NCBI GenBank assembly: GCA_033855115.1
Contig: JAWVGJ010000075.1
Span: 751 to 64,750, forward strand
Source of the DNA: Solirubrobacteraceae bacterium
Lineage (GTDB): Bacteria > Actinomycetota > Thermoleophilia > Solirubrobacterales > Solirubrobacteraceae
Direction: 5' to 3'
Length of the DNA stretch: 64,000 bases
In this document: positions 20,834 to 30,460 of the stretch, in pieces
How positions within the stretch are numbered: the first letter of the stretch is position 1
Layout of the letters: every line of letters begins with the position of its first letter
Notes under the pieces: generated by a model
Told to the model about the DNA's origin: nothing
The model's input: the letters and a program-made list of their open reading frames with translations, nothing else
Databases searched by the model: none
Translations under genes and position numbers: made by a program

Positions 20834-22165
20834 TCAGGACCCCCGATCAGGCACGATCGGCAATAGCAGCCTGATCGTCGGCCGGGGCCCGGGGCGCAGG
20901 ACCGACAGCCGGCCTCCCTCGGCGTGCGCCAGCGAGCGAGCGAGCGCGAGCCCGATCCCGTGATTCCCGTCGGCGCTCACGGCGGACGCTGTGCCTGGCT
21001 CGGACCGATCGGGCCCCGCGCCGCGGCGCACGAACGCCCGCTCCGGATCGTCACCGAAGCCCGCACCCTCATCGCCGACGTCGAGTGCGAGCCACCCGTC
21101 GAGCTCGCGCACGTCGACTGTGACGGGTCCGGCCCCGTGGCGCCCGGCATTTGAGAGCAGGACGTCGACGATCTCGCCGACGACCGACGGCGCGGCACGC
21201 GCAAGCGCGGGCTGTGCGTGCACCGCGGTGCGCAACGGGCGTCCGCGCGCGGCGAGCGGGCCGCGCCAGCGCCCTTCGAGATCGGACACAGCAGTCGCGA
21301 GATCCGTCGTCGCCGCGCTGCTGCGCGGCGCGTCCCGGGCAACCGCCAGGAGCGTCTCGATCGTCGTCTGCAGGCGCTCGACCTGCGCCAGTGCCGCCGG
21401 CAGCTCCGCAGGCGCGTCGTCGCGCAGCTCGATCGCCTCGAGCTCGATCCGCAGCGCCTGCAGCGGCGTGCGCAACTGGTGTGACGCGTCGGCCGAGAAC
21501 GCGCGCTCGCGGACGATCAGGTCGTCCAAGCGCTGCGCGGTCACGTCCAGCGCCGCGGCGACCGCGTCCAGCTCAGGCACCCGCGCGCGGGGGGCGCGGG
21601 CGGAGAAGTCGCCCTCGCCGAGCCGCCGCGCGGCGGTGGCGAGGCGCTCCAGCGGTGCCGCCAGGCGGCGGGCGAGCAGGACGGCGGCCAGCACGGACAC
21701 GGCGATGATCGCCGCGGCGACGGCCGCCAGCGCGAGCCATGCGTTGCGGGCCCGCCGTGCGGCCCCGGCGTCGGAGCGCTGGGCGAGCACCGCGCCGGTC
21801 ACGCGCTCGCCGGTCTGCAGCGGCGCGGCGACGAAAAGCTGCCCGCCGCGCTCGCTGTCGGACGGACGCCGGGTGCGCAGCGCCGTTCGCACGACGCTCG
21901 GCGCGAGGGGCGGACCCGCTCCCGCGACTCGTCGCCCGCCGGCGTCGTATACGGCCAGCCGGTCGCCGCTGTGCGGCAGCTCGATCGCATCCCGGCGATC
22001 GCCGCCCAGGTCGATCGCGCGCGTCGTGGCGACCGTGTCGCGCTGCAGGCGCAGTAGCTCTTCGTCGCGATAGCTGCGCGCCAGCACGATCGCGAGCGGC
22101 ACGGCGAGCAGCACGACCGCCATCGTCGCCACCCCCGCGATCGCGAGCACGAGGCGCCGTCGCAC
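20834..22165 (-). CDS. sensor histidine kinase (TM-sensor-TM, HAMP, HisKA, HATPase_c)
   Basis: FSADASHQLRTPLQAL H-box, LLSNAGRHG N-box, DEGAGF and GIGLALARSL G-boxes. GTG at 22165 sits 1 nt after the response-regulator stop. The track start at 22198 is also possible. Confidence 0.88.
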   Translation of the reverse strand: MRRRLVLAIAGVATMAVVLLAVPLAIVLARSYRDEELLRLQRDTVATTRAIDLGGDRRDAIELPHSGDRLAVYDAGGRRVAGAGPPLAPSVVRTALRTRRPSDSERGGQLFVAAPLQTGERVTGAVLAQRSDAGAARRARNAWLALAAVAAAIIAVSVLAAVLLARRLAAPLERLATAARRLGEGDFSARAPRARVPELDAVAAALDVTAQRLDDLIVRERAFSADASHQLRTPLQALRIELEAIELRDDAPAELPAALAQVERLQTTIETLLAVARDAPRSSAATTDLATAVSDLEGRWRGPLAARGRPLRTAVHAQPALARAAPSVVGEIVDVLLSNAGRHGAGPVTVDVRELDGWLALDVGDEGAGFGDDPERAFVRRGAGPDRSEPGTASAVSADGNHGIGLALARSLAHAEGGRLSVLRPGPRPTIRLLLPIVPDRGS

Positions 22166-22166
22166 G

Positions 22167-22856
22167 TCAGCCGGCCTCGAGCCGGTAGCCGACGCCACGC
22201 AGCGTCGTGATCGCGCCGGCGCCGATCTTGTTGCGCAGCGTCAGCACGTGCGTGTCGAGCGTCTTCGTCGAGCCCAGCCAGTCGGTGTCCCAGACGTCGC
22301 GCATGATCCGCTCGCGGGTCACGGCCCGGCCGGCCTCGGCGACGAGCAGCGCGAGCAGATCGAACTCCTTGGGCCGCAGCGCGAGCTCCTGCTCGCCGCG
22401 CCAGGCGCGCCGTGCGGCGACGTCCAAGCGCACCTCGCCGACGCGCAGCGGCTCGCTTGCCGCCCCAGCGCCCGCTTCGGCTTCAGCAGCAGCCGCGCGC
22501 CGCAGATGGGCGCGTACGCGGGCGAGCAGCTCCGACAGCTTAAACGGCTTGACGAGGTAGTCGTCGGCACCCGCGTCGAGCCCGGCGACGACGTCGAGCT
22601 CATGATCGCGCGCGGAAAGGATCAGGATCGCCAGGTCCGGACGGCGTGTGCGCAGGCGCCGGCAGACCTCGATGCCGTCGATGTCGGGCAGGCCGAGATC
22701 GAGCACGACGAGGCCGATGCCGGCGTCCGCGGCGGCAACGGCCGGTCCGCCGCGGGCCAGGCGCCGGACCGCGTAGCCCTGCCCGTCGAGCACGCGCACG
22801 AGCCCCGAGGCGATCGCCTCGTCGTCCTCGACGATGAGGATGCCGGGTGCGCTCAT
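22167..22856 (-). CDS. OmpR/PhoB-family response regulator
   Basis: Receiver ILIVEDDEAI...VVLDLGLPDIDG...SARD...KPF, plus a winged-helix output (RPKEFDLLALLV...TLDTHVLTLRNKI...TLRGVGYRL). Confidence 0.92.
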   Translation of the reverse strand: MSAPGILIVEDDEAIASGLVRVLDGQGYAVRRLARGGPAVAAADAGIGLVVLDLGLPDIDGIEVCRRLRTRRPDLAILILSARDHELDVVAGLDAGADDYLVKPFKLSELLARVRAHLRRAAAAEAEAGAGAASEPLRVGEVRLDVAARRAWRGEQELALRPKEFDLLALLVAEAGRAVTRERIMRDVWDTDWLGSTKTLDTHVLTLRNKIGAGAITTLRGVGYRLEAG

Positions 22857-22899
22857 CCGTGTACGCAGCCTACGACCGCGCCGGCGTTGCGCGGCAGCT

Positions 22900-22939
22900 T
22901 TGACCTGGCGTTGACCTCGCGCGGGGCTGGCGCTGACCG
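22900..22939 (+). promoter_or_regulatory. three phased direct repeats (TTGACCT / TTGACCT / CTGACCG), candidate OmpR-family binding boxes in a divergent promoter
   Basis: Repeat starts at 22900, 22911 and 22933 (11-bp and 22-bp spacing). They lie between the response-regulator start (22856, minus) and the lipoprotein start (22994, plus). Confidence 0.5.
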
Positions 22940-22993
22940 GGTCGCCGTACGGTCACCGTCCCGATGCACACACGGCTCACCACAGGAGGCTTC

Positions 22994-23578
22994 ATGCGCA
23001 CCGCCCTCATCGCCGGCCTGGCGATCCTCGTGCTCGGCGCCGCGGGCTGCGGCGGTTCTTCGTCGAAGAGCAGCGGCGCGGCCGCGAACCCCAACGCGCC
23101 GGAGGTCAGCCCCGCGGGCGATATTCCCGACAACCAAGCCTTCGTTGCATACTCGCCGCCGAGGGCGGGTTTTACCGTAAGTGTTCCGGAGGGTTGGTCG
23201 CGCAGCACGGCGGTCGGCGCTGTCACCTTCACCGACAAGCTCAACGCGATCAACCTGCAGACGGCGCCGTCGAGCGTGCCCCTGACGGTGCGCGACGCCA
23301 AGCGCAGCGTCGTCCCGAAGCTCGCGAAGTCCGAGCCCGGATTCGCGCTTCGCAGCGTCAGCGCCGTCACGCGCAAAACCGGCAAGGCGGTGCGGATCGT
23401 GTACCTCACCGACGCCAAGCCCAATGCGGTGACGGGCAAGGCGGGCCAGGATGCGGTCGAGCGCTACGTGTTCTTCCACAACGGCAAGGACGTGATCGTG
23501 ACGCTCTCCGGTCCGAAGGGCGCCGACAACGTCGACCCGTGGCGGATCGTCACCGACTCGGTGCAGTGGTCCAGATGA
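22994..23578 (+). CDS. secreted lipoprotein, PsbP-like/unknown function
   Basis: MRTALIAGLAILVLGAAGCGG signal with lipobox. AGGAGG lies 6 nt upstream of the ATG at 22994. The body (FTVSVPEGWSRS..., VTFTDK...) resembles a PsbP/DUF1795-like fold by eye only. Confidence 0.7.
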   Translation: MRTALIAGLAILVLGAAGCGGSSSKSSGAAANPNAPEVSPAGDIPDNQAFVAYSPPRAGFTVSVPEGWSRSTAVGAVTFTDKLNAINLQTAPSSVPLTVRDAKRSVVPKLAKSEPGFALRSVSAVTRKTGKAVRIVYLTDAKPNAVTGKAGQDAVERYVFFHNGKDVIVTLSGPKGADNVDPWRIVTDSVQWSR

Positions 23579-24243
23579 GCGGCGCCGTGCTCGAGGCACA
23601 GAGCCTCTACCGCTTCTTTCACGCCGGCGACGACGAGACGCTCGCCCTCCAGGGTGTCTCGCTGAAAGCGCATCCCGGCGAGGTCATCGCCGTGACGGGC
23701 CCGTCGGGATCGGGCAAGTCGACGCTGCTGAGCTGCCTCGCCGGGCTCGACGAGCCCGACGGCGGCATGGTCCGCGTCAACGGCGAGCGCCTCTCGCGCC
23801 GGCCGGAGGAGGAGCGCGCGCGGGTCCGCGCGCAGGGCATCGGGATGCTGTTTCAGCAGGCCAACCTCGTCGGCCATCTCTCCGTCGATGCGAACGTGGC
23901 GCTCGCCCAGCGGATGGCCGGCGGCTCGGCCGATCGCGCTGCGCGCTCGAAGGTGATCGAGCTCTGCGGCATCGCACATCGTGCCCACGCCCGTCCAAGC
24001 CAGCTGTCGGGCGGTGAGCTGGCACGGGCCGGCCTGGCCGTGGCGCTCGCCAACGATCCCGCGGTCATCCTCGCCGACGAGCCGACCGGCGAGCTCGATG
24101 GCATCACTGCCCAGCGCGTGCTCGACCTGCTGCGCGCTCGCGCGCAGGCCGGCGCCGCCGTGCTCGTCGTCACGCACAGTCCGCAGGTCGCCGCGAACGC
24201 CGATCGCGAGTTGCGCCTGCGCGACGGAAGGGTTCAGTCGTGA
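23575..24243 (+). CDS. ABC transporter ATP-binding protein 1 (degenerate signature motif)
   Basis: Walker A GPSGSGKSTLL and Walker B ILADEPTGELD, but the signature reads LSGGELARAGLAVAL instead of LSGGQ-Q-R. ATGA overlap with the lipoprotein stop. Confidence 0.9.
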   Translation: MSGAVLEAQSLYRFFHAGDDETLALQGVSLKAHPGEVIAVTGPSGSGKSTLLSCLAGLDEPDGGMVRVNGERLSRRPEEERARVRAQGIGMLFQQANLVGHLSVDANVALAQRMAGGSADRAARSKVIELCGIAHRAHARPSQLSGGELARAGLAVALANDPAVILADEPTGELDGITAQRVLDLLRARAQAGAAVLVVTHSPQVAANADRELRLRDGRVQS

Positions 24244-24935
24244 ACGCCGCCGCGGCGACGCCGCCGCTGGTGCATTGCGACGGCGCCGCACGCACCTACG
24301 GCAGCGGCGCGACGGCCACCGTCGCGCTGCAGCCGACCGACCTCACGATCGACGAAGGCGCCCGCATCGCGCTCGTCGGCCCGTCTGGATCGGGCAAGTC
24401 GACGCTCCTGCACCTGATGGCTGGCCTGGACGAGCCGACCATCGGATCGGTCACCTGGCCGGCGCTCGGCTCCCGCTCGCAGTTGCGGCCGGGGCCCGTC
24501 GCCGTCATCTTCCAGGGTCCGAGCCTGCTTGCCCCGCTGACCGTGCTCGAGAACGTCGCGCTGCCACTCGTCCTCGGGGGCGCCACCGACGCCGCCGCAC
24601 GCTCGCAGGCGAGCGAGGCGCTCGAACGGCTCGGGCTGGCCGCGCTGACCGACAAGCTGCCGGAGGAGATCTCCGGCGGCCAGGCCCAGCGCGTCGCCGT
24701 CGCCCGCGCGCTCGCCGGTTCCCCGCGGCTCATCCTCGCCGACGAGCCAACGGGGCAGCTGGATCGCGAGAGCGGCGCCGCGGTCGTCGAGGTGCTGCTC
24801 GCGGCGGCCGAGCACGCCACCGCCGCGCTCGTCGTCGCGACCCACGATCCCACCGTCGCCGCCGCCCTCCCGCTGCTCTGGCGGATGGACAGCGGGCGCC
24901 TACTCTCCGGGAAGGAGCACGCATGGTCGCGCTGA
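24240..24935 (+). CDS. ABC transporter ATP-binding protein 2 (canonical motifs)
   Basis: GPSGSGKSTLLHL, ISGGQAQRVAVARAL, ILADEPTGQLD, THD. GTGA overlap with ATPase 1. Confidence 0.9.
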   Translation: MNAAAATPPLVHCDGAARTYGSGATATVALQPTDLTIDEGARIALVGPSGSGKSTLLHLMAGLDEPTIGSVTWPALGSRSQLRPGPVAVIFQGPSLLAPLTVLENVALPLVLGGATDAAARSQASEALERLGLAALTDKLPEEISGGQAQRVAVARALAGSPRLILADEPTGQLDRESGAAVVEVLLAAAEHATAALVVATHDPTVAAALPLLWRMDSGRLLSGKEHAWSR

Positions 24936-27574
24936 CCTGGCTCTCCGGTCTGCTCGCCCACCGCCGCGGGCGGCTGCTATCGACCGCTGCCGGCGTCGCC
25001 GTCGCCGTCGCGCTGCTGGCCTGCATCGGCACGTTCCTGTCCGCCACGAGCGCGAAGATGACCTCGCGCGCCGTGAGCCGCGTGGGCGTCGACTGGCAGG
25101 TCGAAGCGCACAACGGCGCCAAGCCCGCCGACGTTCTCGCAAAGGTCCGCTCGCAGCCGGGCGTCCGCCGCGCACTGGCCGTGAGCTTCGCCGCCACGAC
25201 CGGCCTGAGCGCCACGTCCGGCGGCTCGACCCAGCAGACCGGTCCCGGCCGCGTCGTCGGACTTCCCGACGGCTACGCGCAGGCCTTCCCCGGCCAGCTG
25301 CGGGCGTTGTCGGGTAGCGCGACGGGCGTCCTGCTCGCGCAGCAGACCGCGGCGAACCTGCACGCACGGCCCGGCGACACGATCTCGATCGGGCGGACCG
25401 CCGGAACCGCCGCCGCCCGCGTCAAGGTCGACGGCGTGGTCGATCTGCCCAACGCGGACTCGCTCTTTCAGCAGGTCGGGGCGCCGGTGGGCGCGCAGCC
25501 GCAGGCGCCGCCCGACAACGTCGTGCTACTGCCCCAGCGGGTCTTCGACCAGGTGCAGCGCGGGGCCCAGACGACCGTGCAGATTCACGCGACGCTGTCG
25601 CACGCCCTGCCCGGCAGCCCCAGCAGCGCCTTCACCCAAGTCTCCGGCAACGCGCGCAACCTCGAGACGCGGCTCGCCGGCGGAGGTCTCGTCGGCAACA
25701 ACCTCGGCACCGCCCTCGATCAGGCGCGCAAGGACGCGCTGTACGCGCAGCTGTTGTTCCTCTTCCTCGGCGTGCCCGGCGCGATCATCGCCGGCCTGAC
25801 GACCGCGTCGATCGCCTCCGCCGGGGCGGATCGCCGCCGCCGCGACGCGGCGCTGCTGCGCACGCGCGGCGCATCGACTCGCCAGCTCGTGCGCGTCGCG
25901 CTCGCCGAAACCGCGCTGGCGGGCGGGATCGGCGCGGCGCTTGGGCTCGCGGGCGCGCTGGCGATCGGCTCGGCGGCCTTCGGCACCGCGAGCTTCGGCG
26001 CGTCGACGTCGAGCGCCGTGTTGTGGGCCGCAGGCGCGGCCGCCGCGGGTCTCGTCATCGCCGCCGCCTCGATCGCGCTGCCCGCCTGGCGCGACGCGCG
26101 CTCGCTCACCGTCGCCGGACAGCGCCGTCAGGTCGGGCGCCGAGACCGCGCGCCGCGGTGGGCGCGCTATGGCCTGGACTTCGTCGCGCTCGGCCTCGCC
26201 GGCCTCGTCTACTGGCAGGCGTCGCAGGGCGGATATCAGCTCGTGCTCGCGCCGGAGGGAGTGCCGCAGGTGTCGGTGAACTGGTACGCCCTGCTGGCCC
26301 CGGTACTCGGCTGGATCGGCGCCGGCCTGCTCGCCTACCGCCTCGCCGACCTCGTGCTGGTCCGCGGCCGCACGCCGCTGCGGCGCCTGCTACGTCCGCT
26401 CGCCGGCGAGCTGTCGCCGACGGTCGCGGCGACGATGGGCCGCCAGCGCCGGCTGCTCGCCGGAGCAGTCGCGCTCGTCGCGCTGACGTGCGCGTTCGCG
26501 GCCTCGACGGCGGTCTTCAACGCGACCTATCAGCAGCAGGCCGAGGCCGATGCGCGGCTCTCCAACGGCGCTGACGTCACCGTCACCGAGTCCCCCGGGG
26601 TGAATGCCGGTCCAGGCGCCGCGTCGGCGATCCGGAAGGTGGCGGGCGTCCGCAGCGTCGAGCCGCTCCAGCACCGCTTCGCCTACGTCGGCGCCGACCT
26701 GCAGGATCTGTATGGCGTCCGACCGAGCACGATCGCCGACGCGGGCAAGCTGCAGAATGGGTGGTTCGCCGGCGGCACCGCGCGAGCCCTCATGGACACG
26801 CTCGCCAAGCGCCCGGACTCCGTGCTCGTCGCCGCCGAGACCGTCCACGACTTCCAGCTGCGCTCCGGAGACCTCATCCGGCTGCGCCTGCAGGACGGGC
26901 GCACGAAGCAGTTCAAGACCGTCCCGTTCCACTACGCAGGCGTGGCGAAGGAGTTTCCAACCGCGCCGACGGACTCGTTCCTCGTGGCGAACGCCGACTA
27001 CATCGCTCGCGCGACCGCCAGCAACGCCGTCGGCAGCTTCCTCGTGCAGACCGACGGCACGAACCCCGGCGTCGTCGCCGGCGCGCTGCGCAGCCAGCTC
27101 GGGACGAGCGCGCAGGTGACCGACATCGTCAACCAGCGCAAGGTCGTCGGCTCGAACCTCACCGCGGTCGAGCTGTCGGGGCTGACGAAGGTCGAGCTCG
27201 GCTTCGCGCTCGTGCTCGCAATCGCGGCGTCCGGGCTCACGCTCGGGCTCGGCTTCCAGGAGCGCCGGCGCACCTTCGCGATCGCAAGCGCGCTCGGCGC
27301 GCGCAGCCGCCAGCTCGGAGGCTTCGTGTGGGGCGAGTCGGCGTTCGTCACGGCCGGCGGGCTCGTCGCCGGCACGGCGATCGCCGCCGCGATATCGCAG
27401 ATGCTCGTGAGGGTCCTGACCGGCGTCTTCGACCCGCCCCCGGACGCGCTCGCCGTGCCGTGGACGTACCTCGTCGTCGTCGTCGTGCTCACCGTCGCCG
27501 CGGTCGGCGTCGCCGGCGCGGCGACCCTGCGCGCGCTGCGCCGACCGGCGATCGAGGAGCTCAGGGACCTCTAG
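24923..27574 (+). CDS. ABC transporter permease with two FtsX-type domains (about 883 aa)
   Basis: ATG at 24923 (MVALTWLSGLLAHRRGRLLS...) inside track ORF 23981-27574. Two blocks of large extracytoplasmic domain followed by clusters of hydrophobic helices, as in MacB/FtsX-like fused permeases. Confidence 0.8.
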   Translation: MVALTWLSGLLAHRRGRLLSTAAGVAVAVALLACIGTFLSATSAKMTSRAVSRVGVDWQVEAHNGAKPADVLAKVRSQPGVRRALAVSFAATTGLSATSGGSTQQTGPGRVVGLPDGYAQAFPGQLRALSGSATGVLLAQQTAANLHARPGDTISIGRTAGTAAARVKVDGVVDLPNADSLFQQVGAPVGAQPQAPPDNVVLLPQRVFDQVQRGAQTTVQIHATLSHALPGSPSSAFTQVSGNARNLETRLAGGGLVGNNLGTALDQARKDALYAQLLFLFLGVPGAIIAGLTTASIASAGADRRRRDAALLRTRGASTRQLVRVALAETALAGGIGAALGLAGALAIGSAAFGTASFGASTSSAVLWAAGAAAAGLVIAAASIALPAWRDARSLTVAGQRRQVGRRDRAPRWARYGLDFVALGLAGLVYWQASQGGYQLVLAPEGVPQVSVNWYALLAPVLGWIGAGLLAYRLADLVLVRGRTPLRRLLRPLAGELSPTVAATMGRQRRLLAGAVALVALTCAFAASTAVFNATYQQQAEADARLSNGADVTVTESPGVNAGPGAASAIRKVAGVRSVEPLQHRFAYVGADLQDLYGVRPSTIADAGKLQNGWFAGGTARALMDTLAKRPDSVLVAAETVHDFQLRSGDLIRLRLQDGRTKQFKTVPFHYAGVAKEFPTAPTDSFLVANADYIARATASNAVGSFLVQTDGTNPGVVAGALRSQLGTSAQVTDIVNQRKVVGSNLTAVELSGLTKVELGFALVLAIAASGLTLGLGFQERRRTFAIASALGARSRQLGGFVWGESAFVTAGGLVAGTAIAAAISQMLVRVLTGVFDPPPDALAVPWTYLVVVVVLTVAAVGVAGAATLRALRRPAIEELRDL

Positions 27575-27629
27575 AAACCACTCGCGCCAGCGATAGGTGC
27601 CGGGTCGCCCGCAGTACGCTGGACCGACG

Positions 27630-28370
27630 ATGTCCGTCGACACCCCAGACGAGCTGTCCGCGCTGAAGGCCGCAGGCCGAGTCGTCGCCGAAACGATCCG
27701 CGCGATGCGCCGAGCCGTGCGGCCCGGGATCACGACCGGTGAGCTCGATGCGATCGCCGCCCGCGCGTTCGCTCGTGCCGGCGCTCGCTCGGGTCCGGCG
27801 CTTGACTACAACTTCCCCGGGACAACCTGCATCAGCGTCAACGACGAGGCGGTACACGGAGTCCCGGGCAGGCGCCGGCTGCGCCGCGGCGACCTCGTCA
27901 AGCTCGACGTCACCGCCGAGCTCGACGGCTTCTACGCCGACGCCTGTCGGACCGTCATCGTCGGCGATCCGCGGCCGCAGTCCGTCCGCCTCGTGCGCGC
28001 GGCCGAGCAGGCGCTGTCGGCGGCGATGAAGGTCGCACGTGCGGGCGTGCCGCTGAACTCAATCGGGGCCACGGTCGAGAAGACCGTGCACAAGCGCGGC
28101 TTCTCGGTCTGCGACGGCCTCATCGGCCACGGCATCGGCCGGCGCATCCACGAGTCACCGGACGTGCCCAACACGTTCGAGCGCGCGCTGTCGGCTCCGC
28201 TGACCGAGGGGCTCGTCATCACCGTCGAGCCGCTCGTCGCCGCCGGCGGACCGGCGGTCGTCCTCGGCCGCGACGGCTGGACCGTCCGCACCGCCGACGC
28301 CTCGCTGGTGGCGCACGCCGAGCACACGCTCGTCATCCAGGACGGCGCCCCGCTCGTGCTGACGGCCTGA
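27630..28370 (+). CDS. map: type I methionine aminopeptidase
   Basis: ITTGELD, VHGVP, VKLDVTAE..GFYAD, HGIGRRIHESPDVPN, TVEP, AEHTLVI metal-ligand pattern. Confidence 0.9.
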   Translation: MSVDTPDELSALKAAGRVVAETIRAMRRAVRPGITTGELDAIAARAFARAGARSGPALDYNFPGTTCISVNDEAVHGVPGRRRLRRGDLVKLDVTAELDGFYADACRTVIVGDPRPQSVRLVRAAEQALSAAMKVARAGVPLNSIGATVEKTVHKRGFSVCDGLIGHGIGRRIHESPDVPNTFERALSAPLTEGLVITVEPLVAAGGPAVVLGRDGWTVRTADASLVAHAEHTLVIQDGAPLVLTA

Positions 28371-28383
28371 TGAGGATCCCCGC

Positions 28384-29736
28384 ATGAGGCGCACGCCGGC
28401 CGCGCTGGCCCAGGAGCTTGCCGATGCCGGGGTCGTCGGGCTGACGATCGCCTGGGCGGACAACAACGGCATCCCGCGCTCGCGGACGGTGCCCGTCGAC
28501 CGCATTGAGGAGGTCGCACAGCGCGGCGTCGGGATCACGACACTGTTCGCGGTCTTCGACTCGCACGACGCGATCACGTTCGCCCACGAGGGCTTGCCCA
28601 ACGCTTCCGGTGATGTCCGGCTGCTGCCCGTGCTCGAGCGCGCCACGGCACTCGCCGGCCAGCCCGGCTTCGCCTGGGCGCCCGGGCGCCAGCTCAGGCA
28701 CGACGGCTCGCCGTGGCCCTATGACCAGCGCGGCGCGCTGGAGGCACAGATCAAGCGCGCGGCCGACGCGGGCCTTGAGATCAAGGCCGGATACGAGCTT
28801 GAGTTCTTCATCGGCAAGGACGGCGACGGCGAGCTCACGCCGGCGCACGACGGGCCCGCCTACAGCCCGCACGCGCTTCTGGCCGTCGACGCGTTCGCCG
28901 CCAAGCTGCTCGAGGATCTCGCCGCCAACGGCCTGAAGATCGGCCAGCTGCACGCCGAGTACGGGCTCTCGCAGCTGGAGTTCAGCCTCGACCCCTGCAA
29001 CCCGATCAAGGCCGCCGACGAGCAGCTGCTCGCGCGCCAGACGATCCACGCCGCCGCCGCCGAGCATGGGCTCAAGGCGAGCTTCGCGCCCCTCGTCAGC
29101 GCCGAGGGCGTCGGCAACGGCTGGCATCTGCACACGTCGGTCTGGCGCGACGGGGAGAACCTGCTGACGGACGACGGCGGCAGCGGCCCGAGCGGCGACG
29201 GCGCCGCCTACCTCGCCGGCCTGCTGCGCGACCTGCCGGCGATCGCCGCCGTCACGGCGCCCAGCGTGCCGTCCCTGCACCGCCTGCGCCCGGGGTACTT
29301 CTCGAGCGCGTACACGTTCTGGGGCATCGAGAACCGCGAGGCGGCGCTGCGCTACGTGCCCGGCTCCGAGCTGCTCGGGGCCAACCATGCCAACGTCGAG
29401 CTCAAGCCGTCGGATGCCTCGTCGAACCCCTACCTCGCTCTGGCGGCCGTCATCGCGGCCGGGATCGCCGGGATCCAAGAGGGCCTTGAGCTCGGCGAGC
29501 CGATCCAGGACGACCCCGGCGGCTGGAGCGACGAGCAACGCGGCGCGCGCGGCGTCGCGCGGCTGCCGGCGACGCCACAGGAGCAGGAGGGCGCGCTGCT
29601 CGCCAGCGAGCGCGTCACGGGGGCGCTGGGTGAGGAGCTGCTCGGCGCGTTTCTCGCCGTGCGCCGCTCAGACGCGGCCTGGGCGGCCGACAAACCGCTC
29701 GAAGAGGTCGTCGCGGCGCATCTGTGGCGCTACTGA
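28384..29736 (+). CDS. glutamine synthetase family protein (GlnA-like; possibly a gamma-glutamyl-amine synthetase)
   Basis: 450 aa with GS beta-grasp and catalytic-domain patterns (GYELEFF, QLHAEYGLSQLEFS, NGWHLHTS, FWGIENREAALRY, ELKPSDASSNPYLA). Confidence 0.8.
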   Translation: MRRTPAALAQELADAGVVGLTIAWADNNGIPRSRTVPVDRIEEVAQRGVGITTLFAVFDSHDAITFAHEGLPNASGDVRLLPVLERATALAGQPGFAWAPGRQLRHDGSPWPYDQRGALEAQIKRAADAGLEIKAGYELEFFIGKDGDGELTPAHDGPAYSPHALLAVDAFAAKLLEDLAANGLKIGQLHAEYGLSQLEFSLDPCNPIKAADEQLLARQTIHAAAAEHGLKASFAPLVSAEGVGNGWHLHTSVWRDGENLLTDDGGSGPSGDGAAYLAGLLRDLPAIAAVTAPSVPSLHRLRPGYFSSAYTFWGIENREAALRYVPGSELLGANHANVELKPSDASSNPYLALAAVIAAGIAGIQEGLELGEPIQDDPGGWSDEQRGARGVARLPATPQEQEGALLASERVTGALGEELLGAFLAVRRSDAAWAADKPLEEVVAAHLWRY

Positions 29737-29759
29737 GACAGGCTGAGCCGAGCGGGCGC

Positions 29760-30365
29760 TCAGACCGGCAGCGCGACGCCGTCGCGCTCGAGTAGCAGCA
29801 TCCCGAGCTCGCGCGCCTTGTTCGCCGCGTCGCGGTCGCCCTCGTGGGCGGCCACGATCGAGCCCTTCATGAGGATGTGCCACTGCGCTGCAAAGCGGTG
29901 CGGATCCTCGACGCCCGCGGCCGTGGCCAGCTCGCAGACGTACGCGCGGATGTTGGCCAGATGCGTGACGCACGCCTGCCGAACCGGATCGTCGCGGTCG
30001 TCGAACTCCAGCAGCGACGTGACGAACGCGCAGCCTTCGAAGTCGTCGCGGGCAAACCACTCCGAGAAGATCTCGAAGATCGCAAGCAGCTGCCCGGCAG
30101 GCGTCGATGCGCGTGCCTGCGTCTGGGCCTGCACCCAGCCCTGGGTCCAGCGCTCCTCGCGCGCTCCGAGGAACGCCAGCGCGAGCTCGTTCTTCGAGGC
30201 GAAGTTGCGGTACAGCGTCATCTTCGCCACGTCGGCCTCGGCTGTGATCGTGTCGACCCCGATGGCACGCACTCCCGAGCGGCTGAAGAGGTCGTAGGCC
30301 GCGTCGAGGATGCGCTCCCGGCCAGTGCGCGATCGGTCGACGGCCTGTGTATCGCGTGCTGCCAT
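29760..30365 (-). CDS. TetR/AcrR-family transcriptional regulator
   Basis: N-terminal HTH RERILDAAYDLFSRSGVRAIGVDTITAEADVAKMTLYRNFASKNEL. Confidence 0.9.
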   Translation of the reverse strand: MAARDTQAVDRSRTGRERILDAAYDLFSRSGVRAIGVDTITAEADVAKMTLYRNFASKNELALAFLGAREERWTQGWVQAQTQARASTPAGQLLAIFEIFSEWFARDDFEGCAFVTSLLEFDDRDDPVRQACVTHLANIRAYVCELATAAGVEDPHRFAAQWHILMKGSIVAAHEGDRDAANKARELGMLLLERDGVALPV

Positions 30366-30460
30366 CGCCTGACTATATGCGCGCGCACAAATTACGTGGA
30401 AGTTTGCCGCGCATGTTGCATGCAGCCGCAGAGATCGGCCACCGGGCGAGGGCCGTAGCT

